Shown piece after piece: positions 1 to 9,368 of a stretch of 64,000 nucleotides of DNA. The notes beneath the pieces were generated by a model that was not told where the DNA came from, made no database searches, and worked only from the letters and a program-made list of their open reading frames with translations. Each line of letters begins with the position of its first letter. Positions within the stretch are counted from its first letter, which is position 1. Source of the stretch: Treponemataceae bacterium. GTDB taxonomy: Bacteria; Spirochaetota; Spirochaetia; Treponematales; Rectinemataceae. A program made the translations under genes and the position numbers. Where the stretch lies: NCBI GenBank assembly GCA_963677895.2, contig CAXXGJ010000018.1, forward strand, positions 384,001-448,000, in the 5' to 3' direction.

Positions 1-1221
1 TCGGTGAAGAGCGTACGGAAGAATTAAGGCTTATTCCCGCCAAGGCAGTGGTTGACGTTCATGTCATGAAGAAATACGGACCTTGCCCCTGCAAAGAATG
101 CAAGGGTACCGAAAAGACTCCGATTATTCAGGCTCCAGGACCTGCAAAGATCGTCCCCGGTTCGAGATTCTCGAACGGAACGATCGCCTTCTTCCTGACG
201 AGCAAATTTGTCGACGCCCAGCCCTTCTACCGGATGGAAGGAATCCTTTCCCGCTGGGGCATAGACACGGGACGTTCAACCTTGTGTTCCCTTGCCATGA
301 ACGCTGGCCGTGCGGTGGGCGATCTTGTCCAGGCGATCAGGGATGACATAAAAGTATCGCCGGTGATCGGGATGGATGAAACGCCATTACAGGTGCTGCA
401 CGAAAAGAATCGAAGCGCGACGGCGAAGTCGTATATGTGGGTAGCGTCGGGATTCAAGGATACCAAGCGGCTTTTGTTTTTTCACTACCACCCGACGAGA
501 TCGGGCAATGTGGTAACTGAATTCTTAAAGGGCTATTCAGGCTATCTTCAAACGGACGGCTATTCAGGGTATTTGCCGATAGGCGAAGCTCCGGGAATCG
601 TCCATGTGGGCTGCATGGCGCATATCCGACGGAAGTTCTACGACGCGGACAAGATCGCAGGCGGTTCAGGAGACGCTGCTGATATGCTCTCGATGATCGG
701 AGCGTTCTACCATAACGAAGCGCTTCTACGACAACGGTATGAGAGCAAAGCGCTCGATGAAGCCGCATTCCTTTCAGAACGGAAACGACTGCAAGAGCCA
801 CAGCTTACGGCGATCCATGAGTGGCTCACCTCACGAAGCCTAAGCGTGGCGCCTTCGAGCAGTCTGGGTAAAGCGATTTCTTATGCACTGGGGCAATGGG
901 AACGCGCGATTCGCTATCTTGATCATGTGCTTTTGACACCTGACAACAATGCCGTCGAGAACGCGATCCGGCCCTTTGTCCTAGGTAGAAAGAATTGGCT
1001 TTTTTCAAACACGCCGTCAGGAGCTCATACGAGCGCGGGACTTTACAGCCTGATAGAAACGGCAAAGGCCAATGGGCATGAGCCGTATAAATATCTTTGT
1101 TACCTATTCGACATGCTTCCGAGAGCCACGACGCTTGATGAAAAGCTTGCGCTCCTTCCGTACCGGCTTGATCCTATGGCCTACTAAGCTCCCGTCAAGA
1201 CGGGGAGAATTGGACGCTTAC
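1..1221 (+). mobile_element. IS66-family insertion sequence (right part; left part outside window)
   Basis: Contains a TnpC ORF. Right end ...TGGACGCTTAC at 1211-1221 is the reverse complement of the IS66-type GTAAGCGTCC terminus. Sequence becomes AT-rich abruptly after 1221. Confidence 0.9.
3..1187 (+). CDS. tnpC: IS66 transposase TnpC (5' truncated by window)
   Basis: Motifs GMDETPLQVL, LQTDGYSGY, GCMAHIRRKF, DNNAVENAIRPFVLGRKNWLF, YSLIETAKANG. Confidence 0.93.
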   Translation, partial: GEERTEELRLIPAKAVVDVHVMKKYGPCPCKECKGTEKTPIIQAPGPAKIVPGSRFSNGTIAFFLTSKFVDAQPFYRMEGILSRWGIDTGRSTLCSLAMNAGRAVGDLVQAIRDDIKVSPVIGMDETPLQVLHEKNRSATAKSYMWVASGFKDTKRLLFFHYHPTRSGNVVTEFLKGYSGYLQTDGYSGYLPIGEAPGIVHVGCMAHIRRKFYDADKIAGGSGDAADMLSMIGAFYHNEALLRQRYESKALDEAAFLSERKRLQEPQLTAIHEWLTSRSLSVAPSSSLGKAISYALGQWERAIRYLDHVLLTPDNNAVENAIRPFVLGRKNWLFSNTPSGAHTSAGLYSLIETAKANGHEPYKYLCYLFDMLPRATTLDEKLALLPYRLDPMAY

Positions 1222-1700
1222 AATTATTTAGAGGTATACCTATTTTACTTCAAATATTTATATTCTATTATGGCTTAAAAATATTTAATGTAAAATTACC
1301 TGCATTGTTTAGTGCTAGTATATCTTTTATTTTTAATGTATCAGCAAATATTGGAGAAACACTGAAAGGAATAATTTTAAGTATACCAAAAAATCAATGG
1401 GAGTCATCAACTTCATTAGGCTTTTCAAAATTTTCACAACTTTGGTATATAATAATGCCACAAGTAATAAGAGCAGCGATACCACCTTCAATCGGAATTA
1501 TGGTAGGTTTGATTAAAGATACTTCACTGGCTTCCATAGTTGGATTTGTAGAACTGACAAGAGCTGGAGGCTTGATAATGAGTGTTACTATGGATCCTTT
1601 TAAAATATACCCAATAATAGCGGTTATTTATTTTATCATTTGCTTTTTTTTAACGCAGTCAAGTCGTTGGCTTGAGAAAAAATTAATTATCTACAGTTAG
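1222..1700 (+). pseudogene. Polar amino-acid ABC permease, 3' part, interrupted by IS66
   Basis: The frame is open from the IS end: LFRGIPILLQIFIFYYGL...AN IGETLKGIILSIPKNQWESSTSLGFS...LIKDTSLASIVG (HisM/GlnP-type motifs). The N-terminus is missing. Confidence 0.85.
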
Positions 1701-1810
1701 AATTAGTGTTAAGATTTAGAAAAATTCTGAAAAGGAGGTATTTTTTTTCATTGACCTAAGGGTTCTTGTTGAAAAATCGATACTAAAATCGATTATCTCT
1801 ATGGAGGTGC

Positions 1811-2674
1811 ATGATGAAACTGAAAAGAGCGTTTTTAGCAGTTCTCTCTGTATCGCTATTACTTGGCTTTATGATGCTGTTAACATCAGCAGATACAGAA
1901 TTTAAAAATGAGAATACCCTAGAAAAGATTCTTAGAACTAAAAAAGTCAAGATTGGCGTAATGTCTGCAGCGCCACCATATGATTATCTTGATGCTAACC
2001 AAAAACCAACAGGCTACAACTATAGAGTAGCAAAAGAAATAGGCCTTGCATTAGGCGCTGAAGTAGAACTCGTTCAATTAGTATCACAAAATCGTATTCC
2101 AGCCTTGCAAACTGGGGATATTGATATTGGGGTATATCTCATGGGATGTTATCCTGAAAGAGCCAAACTTGTTCAGTATTCCATTCATCCTTATATGGTC
2201 CAAACAATTGTTATGCTCGGTAAAAAAAGCCTGAAAGCAAGCACATGGAATGATTTGCATAAAGTTAAAATGGGATTAGTAAAAGGCGGTGGCGGATTAG
2301 TTCAAATAGAAGAAAGAGCTCCAAAAGATGCAAATCGAACATATTTTGATGATGATGTTATGCAGATGAATGCTCTTGTTGTAGGTCAAGTTGATATTAT
2401 TCATGCTGATGGCATAGCTGCAGCACAGTTAATAAAAAAATTCCCAAAAGCAAATCTTGAAATAAAATGGGTACTTGGTGTAGAAACAGAGCATCTAATG
2501 GTACGTTTGGGAGATTATGCTTTAAGAGATTGGTTAGATGTTTTCTTGCTTTCTAATTATACTAACGGTCATCTTGGGCAGTGGTGGGATAGCTATATAA
2601 AAGATCAGCCGCTTGGCGATTTGCCAACCATGGCAACATCATTAGTTCCTAATGGAGGTAGCATTAGTCAATAA
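1811..2674 (+). CDS. Amino-acid ABC transporter substrate-binding protein (family 3)
   Basis: Signal peptide; motifs APPYDYLD..PTGY and NRIPALQTGDIDI; GGAGGTG RBS. Confidence 0.88.
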   Translation: MMKLKRAFLAVLSVSLLLGFMMLLTSADTEFKNENTLEKILRTKKVKIGVMSAAPPYDYLDANQKPTGYNYRVAKEIGLALGAEVELVQLVSQNRIPALQTGDIDIGVYLMGCYPERAKLVQYSIHPYMVQTIVMLGKKSLKASTWNDLHKVKMGLVKGGGGLVQIEERAPKDANRTYFDDDVMQMNALVVGQVDIIHADGIAAAQLIKKFPKANLEIKWVLGVETEHLMVRLGDYALRDWLDVFLLSNYTNGHLGQWWDSYIKDQPLGDLPTMATSLVPNGGSISQ

Positions 2675-2682
2675 TTGATGCA

Positions 2683-2725
2683 ATACAGTATGGATAATTC
2701 TTAAATAGGATTATTCATACTGTAT
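2683..2725 (+). terminator. Stem-loop after SBP gene
   Basis: Inverted repeat ATACAGTATGGATAATTCT / AGGATTATTCATACTGTAT just after the stop codon. Confidence 0.6.
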
Positions 2726-2885
2726 AACAATTAAATAAGTTATTTATGGTGAATAAAAATTAAAAGGGCCACTTCTTTAAACTTTTAAATGGATACTCTT
2801 AGAAAATGATCTGCCACCCGAAAACTGGACACTCATAATGTCAGTAATCGCATTTTAATGCGATACTACAGGAAGGAGCGGTCCA

Positions 2886-3152
2886 ATGAAGAAATCGAGC
2901 TTCACCGATGAGCAAATTGCCTTTGCCCTGAAGCAAGCGGAAACCGACACCCCCGTCGCTGATATCATCCGGAAGATGGAGATCAGCGAACAGACCTTCT
3001 ACCGGTGGAAGAAGAAGTACGCAGGGCTGCTGCCCAGTGAACTGAAACGTTTGCGGCAGCTCGAAGATGAAAACAAGCGCTTGAAGCAGATGGTTGCCGA
3101 GCTCAGCTTGGACAAGCACATGCTGCAGGAGGTGCTGTCAAAAAAAGCCTGA
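2886..3152 (+). CDS. IS3 transposase OrfA (HTH)
   Basis: [19 protein letters not shown]...[13 protein letters not shown]...[24 protein letters not shown]. Confidence 0.92.
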   Translation: MKKSSFTDEQIAFALKQAETDTPVADIIRKMEISEQTFYRWKKKYAGLLPSELKRLRQLEDENKRLKQMVAELSLDKHMLQEVLSKKA

Positions 3153-3172
3153 CGCTTGCCCGGAAGCATGAG

Positions 3173-3988
3173 TTGGTCGACAACCTTGTTGCCACCTACC
3201 GGGTAAGCATCAGGACCGCCTGTAAGGTCCTATTGCTCAACCGTGCAACCTATTACTACAAGCCCCATCCTGATGATCAGGAAGTCTTGCGGATGAAGAT
3301 TCGCGATTACGCTACGACGCGGGTGAAGTATGGCTATCGAAGGATCCATGTACTTCTGCAACGCGAAGGCTTGAAGATAAACAGAAAGCGCGTCTACCGT
3401 CTTTACTGTCTAGAAAACCTCAACATGCGGCTCAAATCACGAAGAAAGCAGGTGGCGAGGCCTCGAATAGAACTGGTAAAAGAGAGTCGAGCTAACGAGG
3501 TATGGGCAATGGATTTCGTCTCAGACCAGCTTTTCAATGGAAAGTGGTTCAGGACTTTGACGGTCGTTGATGTTTTCACCCGGGAATGCCTTTGTACTCA
3601 TATAGGCCAATCGATGAAGGGCACGGATGTGGTCCAGGCGTTGGAACGATTGTGTATTCATCGGCAAAAACCATCCGCAATTCGAGTCGACAATGGCCCC
3701 GAATTCGTTTCGAAGGAACTTGATCTTTGGGCTTACCAGAAAGGCATTGGGCTTGTGTTTTCCCGGCCTGGTAAACCGACAGACAACGCGTACATTGAAT
3801 CTTTCAACGGGAGTTTCAGGGAAGAATGCCTTCAGACGCACTGGTTTCTGTCTCTAGAAGATGCGAAGATTAAAATCGAGACGTGGCGAAAGGATTACAA
3901 CGAGTTCCGACCGCATAGCTCCCTTGGGTACAGAACACCTAAGGAATTCGCGTCCCTGGCATGTGTCCCCAACAGCCTGTCAGGCTGA
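3173..3988 (+). CDS. IS3 transposase OrfB (rve DDE integrase core; probably fused to OrfA by -1 frameshift)
   Basis: Motifs [46 protein letters not shown]. Confidence 0.92.
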   Translation: MVDNLVATYRVSIRTACKVLLLNRATYYYKPHPDDQEVLRMKIRDYATTRVKYGYRRIHVLLQREGLKINRKRVYRLYCLENLNMRLKSRRKQVARPRIELVKESRANEVWAMDFVSDQLFNGKWFRTLTVVDVFTRECLCTHIGQSMKGTDVVQALERLCIHRQKPSAIRVDNGPEFVSKELDLWAYQKGIGLVFSRPGKPTDNAYIESFNGSFREECLQTHWFLSLEDAKIKIETWRKDYNEFRPHSSLGYRTPKEFASLACVPNSLSG

Positions 3989-4079
3989 TTTTCTAACTTG
4001 AAAAGTGTCCAGATATTGGGGGACTATCATCAGGCTGATTTTCTAACTTGAAAAGTGTCCAGATATTGGGGGACTATCA
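3980..4079. repeat. Perfect 2 x 50-bp tandem duplication containing the IS3 right inverted repeat
   Basis: TCAGGCTGATTTTCTAACTTGAAAAGTGTCCAGATATTGGGGGACTATCA at 3980-4029 and 4030-4079. Confidence 0.95.
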
Positions 4080-4466
4080 TCGCCACCGTATTCGTTAGCT
4101 GTTTTTGGTCTTGATCTGAGGGCCCAGCATATCCTCGTCCTCCGGGTTCGATGTAGTTGTGGTATCCACATTCTACTAGAGGACAAGGTGCCGTTCTCTA
4201 TCCCTCTATCCGCACTTCAGATTTGAACTGGCTTTAAGTATAACATCCGATTTTATCTAGTACAGCCACAAGAAATATATTTTTCTAATCGGAAAAGTTA
4301 CATAACAATATAATACGTTTCAGATTAAAAATTATAGTTGTTCAAGTCCAGCAACAGAAGACAGCAATTACAAATATTGAATACTTTCCTTATTAATTAT
4401 TATGAAATTCAAAGAATGCAGATATATTAGTACACGAATTCTCGGCTAGTCCTTCAGTTCGTTTTT

Positions 4467-5252
4467 CTATACTGTGTAACCTAAGTCCACAGAGATGCGG
4501 TGAGCAATAGTTTTTATAGAAATCTTTATCCTTGTGATCTTTTCCATGTCCATGCGGTTAACCGGGCCGGATGTACTTATTGCAGCGATAATGCGCCCGG
4601 AATAATCCAGGAGCGGAGCAGCAACACAACGCATACCAAGTTCACACTCCTCGTCGTCGATTGCACAACCTTCGTTTTTTACACGTTCAAGTTCTGCTAT
4701 GAGCGAGGATTTAGTCACAATGGTCCGGTGGGTAAGCGCGACTAGTCCTTTGGAGGCGATGAGATTGTCAAGGGATTTTTCATCATACCCAGAGAGTATA
4801 CATTTTCCTACGGCAGTGGAATTGAGGGGCGCCATCTTACCAATTCGCTGAAGAGTGCGGAGTACATGATCAGGTCCGTCAACCGCATCAAGATATACCA
4901 CATCTCCGTTCTGTTCGACGGCGAGGAAGGTCGATTCTTTCCAGTCCTCCGCCATGCTCTCTAGATAGGGCCGAACGACATCCCTGAATCTAAAACGGGC
5001 CTTGATTTCCTCCCCGAGCCAGCACAGTTTCATAGTAAGATAATATTGCGACGTCTGATGATTTTGGCCGACATAGTCTTGATCCATAAGAGTTTTCAGA
5101 AAGCGAAGAACTGTGCTCGTGTTTATATTTATTTTTTGCGAGATATCTTGGAGGCGCATTGGTCCACGAGCGAGAGCGAGGGCTTCCATGATTTGAAAAG
5201 CCTTACCTATTGAGAGATTACTCTTTACCGCTTTAGGACGTGACTGATTCAT
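4467..5252 (-). CDS. IclR-family transcriptional regulator
   Basis: N-terminal HTH (STVLRFLKTL); C-terminal PLNSTAVGK and AIDDEECELGMRCVAAPL. Confidence 0.93.
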   Translation of the reverse strand: MNQSRPKAVKSNLSIGKAFQIMEALALARGPMRLQDISQKININTSTVLRFLKTLMDQDYVGQNHQTSQYYLTMKLCWLGEEIKARFRFRDVVRPYLESMAEDWKESTFLAVEQNGDVVYLDAVDGPDHVLRTLQRIGKMAPLNSTAVGKCILSGYDEKSLDNLIASKGLVALTHRTIVTKSSLIAELERVKNEGCAIDDEECELGMRCVAAPLLDYSGRIIAAISTSGPVNRMDMEKITRIKISIKTIAHRISVDLGYTV

Positions 5253-5260
5253 GGTTGCTA

Positions 5261-5290
5261 TTTATAACCTTAAAACTTGATTTTATCAAG
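5261..5290 (-). promoter_or_regulatory. Putative sigma70 promoter of the IclR gene with overlapping palindrome
   Basis: Minus strand TTGATA-N17-TATAAA, 8 nt before ATG with no SD. Palindrome CTTGAT-N3-ATCAAG at 5276-5290 overlaps the -35. Confidence 0.55.
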
Positions 5291-5376
5291 TAACATGCTG
5301 GTACTGAATGCTCATGGGCTCGATCAATAAATGATCGAACCCATCGGAATGATCGTTTCACTGGAACACTCTTTAC

Positions 5377-7050
5377 TTAATCGAATTCACGCAGAGCGTC
5401 TAGCGCAGGTCCCATGGCGCAATCGGTTTCATCCTCTACGTTCACTTCTACTACATAAGGTCCTTCGTATTCGATAGCCCGTTTCAAAGCGCCGGCAATT
5501 TCTCCCGGAACATTTACTTGCTCTGCTGTACATCCAAATCCTTCAGATATCTTGATATAATCGAGGAGATCTTTATTTTCCTTCATGTCGACGGCATACT
5601 CGAATCCGTAGGCATACTTCTGGTTTTGACGGATCAAACTCAAGCAGGCGTTGTTGAGTACTATGACCTTCACTGGGAGTCGATATCTAGCGGCTACTGC
5701 AAGCTCCTCAATCAGAAATGTAAATCCAAAATCACCCATTACTGCTATTACAGGTTGCCGGCCTGCGGTCGCAACAGCAGCACCAATGGCGGCAGGGATA
5801 TCAAAGCCCAGTGTGCCTGCTCCCCCTGAAGGGAGATATCGGCGAGGTTTTTTCACAGTCTGAATCTGTCCGGACCAAATCTGGTTCAGACCACAGCCTG
5901 TAGTGAAAATAGGATCATATGAAGCAAGCGCGTTGAGTTCACGTAGCACACGTTGTGGTTTAATAACAGGATTTTCAAAATCTGTTTTACGTGCCAGTGC
6001 AGAACGGAGATCAGCTAAACCAATGATGCGTTCATCAGGTCCCCGAGGGAAGCCGAGGCGATGTTGAAGCTCTTTGAGTAAAGCCTCTGCGAAAAGCTTC
6101 GCATCTGCAATAATCCCCAGATCTGCGGGGAAAATACGGCCTATCTGGCTCTTTTCAATATCCACATGGATGAACTTTCGTGTGCCCCTATACACATCGA
6201 GTTTCCCTGTATGACGGTCAGTGAAGCGGCATCCAATTCCCAAGACCAGATCAGAATCGAGGAAAACACGATTGCCAAAAGGGTTCCCCACTTGAATGCC
6301 TGCATGCCCGACATTCAGAGAGTGACCATCCGGAATCGCGCCTTTGGCCATGTAGGTAGTAATTACAGGAACTTGTAGGAATTCTGCCACTGCTACGCAG
6401 GCATCGGTTGCCTCTGCAAGGATGGTACCCCCACCCAGAAGAATGACTGGAGCTTTTGCGGATAAAATCATGTCGGCGGTCAATGAAATGTCGTTAATGC
6501 TTGGTGCCGGTTTATTGACCATTGCCGGGGCGTAGGAAGCCGGATTGAAGTCTATATTCATCTGTTGCTGGTCTAGCGGGAAGTCAATGAGTACAGGCCC
6601 TGGGCGCCCCTCACGAGCAACCTTGAAGGCTTCAGCCATTATTTCTGGAAGTTTGTTCGCATCGGATATGAACCATGCCGCCTTCACAACTGATTTCGCT
6701 ATCGCGCAAATATCGACACATTGGAAAGCTTCCTTGCCCATGAGAGAGGAGAGGCTTTGACCTGTAATGGCTATGAGGGGGATTGAGTCTATCTGTGCTG
6801 TATAAAGACCAGTGATAAAATTTGTCGCACCCGGACCAGATGTGCATATCGCGGCAGAAAGGCGTCCAGATGCCCTGAAATAACCATCTGCCGCGTGGAC
6901 GACTGCCTCTTCGTGACGCATTGTGTAGTGATGGATTTTGGAGTTCTTTAAATACTTATACAATGGATTGATGCCTGCACCGGGTATACCGAAGACATCG
7001 ATGATTCCTTCTATTTCTAATATTCGGACTAAAACCTCTGCAGATTGCAT
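5377..7050 (-). CDS. gcl: Glyoxylate carboligase-like ThDP/FAD enzyme
   Basis: Gcl-like signatures GIPGAGINPLY, KEAFQCVDI, RFTDRHTG, IKPQRV, GDFGFTFLIEELAV, NNACLSLIRQ and C-terminal MG..LD...EF. Differs at the Val51 position (see findings). Confidence 0.75.
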   Translation of the reverse strand: MQSAEVLVRILEIEGIIDVFGIPGAGINPLYKYLKNSKIHHYTMRHEEAVVHAADGYFRASGRLSAAICTSGPGATNFITGLYTAQIDSIPLIAITGQSLSSLMGKEAFQCVDICAIAKSVVKAAWFISDANKLPEIMAEAFKVAREGRPGPVLIDFPLDQQQMNIDFNPASYAPAMVNKPAPSINDISLTADMILSAKAPVILLGGGTILAEATDACVAVAEFLQVPVITTYMAKGAIPDGHSLNVGHAGIQVGNPFGNRVFLDSDLVLGIGCRFTDRHTGKLDVYRGTRKFIHVDIEKSQIGRIFPADLGIIADAKLFAEALLKELQHRLGFPRGPDERIIGLADLRSALARKTDFENPVIKPQRVLRELNALASYDPIFTTGCGLNQIWSGQIQTVKKPRRYLPSGGAGTLGFDIPAAIGAAVATAGRQPVIAVMGDFGFTFLIEELAVAARYRLPVKVIVLNNACLSLIRQNQKYAYGFEYAVDMKENKDLLDYIKISEGFGCTAEQVNVPGEIAGALKRAIEYEGPYVVEVNVEDETDCAMGPALDALREFD

Positions 7051-7499
7051 TAAATCCTCCAGTTACACTTATATAAAACTTAATGCCACTTTTTAACACT
7101 AATCCGTGTTTGCAATTCTGTCAATTGATATGTTTATGATTTAGCACTTACAATACATATTAAAAGTCAATGTTTTATAAAAATATGATTGTTGCAATAC
7201 TTTGGTATCATATATTTACTTATATTATAATATAATACATTAGCTTGTTAAATCATACTGATCTATTGTAGCCATCAGGAGTTTTTATTTTACAGTATTA
7301 GCCAAGGAGATTGTTCGAGAAAAAGTTGTGGATATATTTCTTTTTCATCGTGTAAAAAGAAATTACAATTAAATAAGACCGATATAATTTGATAGAATTT
7401 TACTATTCGTGATATTGTTTACCATAGTGAAATTATGATTGACTGAACACAAGAGCCATGTTACGATTTGAAATCCTTCCAAAGGAGCAGGTTGGCGAT

Positions 7500-8423
7500 A
7501 TGGCTTTTCATCGTGACAAAAAATCACTTTTAAAACGGCTTGTCGATCAAAAATATCTGATTGTTCTCCTGCTTCCTGGCCTTCTGTATTATATCATTTT
7601 AAAAGTGGGCCCTATGTTCGGAATGATTATCGCATTCAAACGTTATAATGTGGCGAGTGGAATCTTGGGCAGCCCATGGGTAGGCTTCAAGTATTTTGTG
7701 GATTTCGTAGAAAACCCATACTTTTTCAGGGTCATACGGAATACGGTTTTGCTCTGTTTCTATCAACTCGCGATTGCATTTCCAGTGCCAATATTGTTTG
7801 CTCTGCTTCTGAATGAAATCGGGCATACTCGATTCAAACGACTTGTACAAACTGTAAGTTATCTGCCTCATTTTATCTCGGTAGTGATCGTGATAGGTCT
7901 GCTAAAACAGATGGTTTCCCCGACTTCCGGCATTGTAAATCAAATTATCTCAAGCTTTGGCGGAGACCCTGTAAACTTTTTTATGAAGAAGCAATGGTTT
8001 AGAACTCTATATATAGGGACCGGAGTCTGGCAGGAGATGGGATGGGGGGCGATACTGTATATCTCAGCGATTGCTAACATTGATCCTCAACTATATGAAG
8101 CAGCGAGAATCGATGGAGGTGGAAGATTTAGGTGTATGTGGAGTATCACGATTCCAGGAATTCTTCCAACGATCGTGATTGTGTTCCTACTCAATCTGGG
8201 ACAGATATTGAATATCGGATTCGAGAAAGTGCTTCTCATGTATAATCCTGCAATCTACGAAACGGCTGACCTTATCTCAACATTTGTCTACAGATCAGGG
8301 CTCCAGCAGGGAAACTATAGCTTCGGTGCTGCAGTAGATCTCATGAACGCAGTTGTCACCATCATCATCATAGCCTTCACTAACAAGCTCAGTCGAAAGC
8401 TATCAGACATCAGTCTGTGGTAG
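7500..8423 (+). CDS. Carbohydrate ABC permease (LplB-type)
   Basis: Motifs SPWVGFKYF, QTVSYLPHFIS, IDPQLYEAARIDG. Start could be 7458. Confidence 0.9.
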   Translation: MAFHRDKKSLLKRLVDQKYLIVLLLPGLLYYIILKVGPMFGMIIAFKRYNVASGILGSPWVGFKYFVDFVENPYFFRVIRNTVLLCFYQLAIAFPVPILFALLLNEIGHTRFKRLVQTVSYLPHFISVVIVIGLLKQMVSPTSGIVNQIISSFGGDPVNFFMKKQWFRTLYIGTGVWQEMGWGAILYISAIANIDPQLYEAARIDGGGRFRCMWSITIPGILPTIVIVFLLNLGQILNIGFEKVLLMYNPAIYETADLISTFVYRSGLQQGNYSFGAAVDLMNAVVTIIIIAFTNKLSRKLSDISLW

Positions 8424-8432
8424 GAGAAAGCG

Positions 8433-9314
8433 ATGGCAATAAAAGACACTAGCATCCTATCGAGAATATTCTCGGCGCTGAATTTTATAATAATGGTGAT
8501 TATAATGGCGGTCACGCTGTATCCTCTCTGTTATACGATTGCCATTTCGCTCAGCGATGTAACTGCAGTGACGACAAACTCGGTCAAAATCTTGCCAAAA
8601 GGTTTCAACCTGAAGGCGTACCAATACGCAATGGAACAACCCATATTCTGGATCTCGTACCGTAATACTATACTTTATACCGTCGTTGGTACGGCAATAA
8701 ATCTCATTATGACCTTGACGCTAGCTTATGCGATTTCGCGACGAGAACTCCTGTTCCGTAAAACGATAACATTCATAATCATATCAACATTATACTTTCA
8801 GGGCGGTGTCATCTCACGTTTCATCGTCTTTAAGGAACTAGGTCTTTACAACAATATTTGGGCTGTCGTTCTACCGTTCGCCATCACCACGTACAACCTT
8901 GTTGTTGTCCGGACATATATGCAGGGTATCCCTGAAGAGATCCTCGAATCGGTCCGGATAGACGGCGGTAACGACCTGCAAATCTTTACAAAGATCATCA
9001 TCCCACTATCAAAGCCAGTAATTGCAACAATAGGGCTTTTCTATGCCGTAAGTCACTGGAACAGTTACTTTTGGCCAATGGTGCTTCTGCGCGATAAAGA
9101 ACTTCAACCTCTACAAGTACTTCTGCGAGATATGATAACTGAGAACAACCAAATCGGTTCTGGAATGCTCCAAACGGATCTCATATACCAGCCATCGGCA
9201 GAGATGATGATAGCAGCATCCATCGTCATAGCACTTATTCCAATTCTTTGTATCTATCCATTTATCCAACGCTATTTCGTAAAAGGCGCCATGGTAGGGG
9301 CGATGAAAGGATGA
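8433..9314 (+). CDS. Carbohydrate ABC permease (LplC-type)
   Basis: Motifs IPEEILESVRIDGG, LFYAVSHWNSYF, YPFIQRYFVKG..VGAMKG. Confidence 0.9.
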   Translation: MAIKDTSILSRIFSALNFIIMVIIMAVTLYPLCYTIAISLSDVTAVTTNSVKILPKGFNLKAYQYAMEQPIFWISYRNTILYTVVGTAINLIMTLTLAYAISRRELLFRKTITFIIISTLYFQGGVISRFIVFKELGLYNNIWAVVLPFAITTYNLVVVRTYMQGIPEEILESVRIDGGNDLQIFTKIIIPLSKPVIATIGLFYAVSHWNSYFWPMVLLRDKELQPLQVLLRDMITENNQIGSGMLQTDLIYQPSAEMMIAASIVIALIPILCIYPFIQRYFVKGAMVGAMKG

Positions 9315-9368
9315 CCAACCCGTATGGGTCGATCGATATTCGGAAGATTAGGTTACAAGGAGAGACAC

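Larger units (their letters stand above)
2807..4029 (+). mobile_element. IS3-family (IS407-like) insertion sequence
   Basis: IRL TGATCTGCCACCCGAAAACTGGACACT at 2807; IRR AGTGTCCAGATATTGGGGGACTATCA ending at 4029; orfA/orfB with an A7G slippery site at 3140-3147. Confidence 0.9.

Noticed and set aside
3980..4079. Repeat as a possible CRISPR array
   Set aside because: Only two adjacent copies, no spacers, and the unit is the IS3 end. No cas genes in the window.
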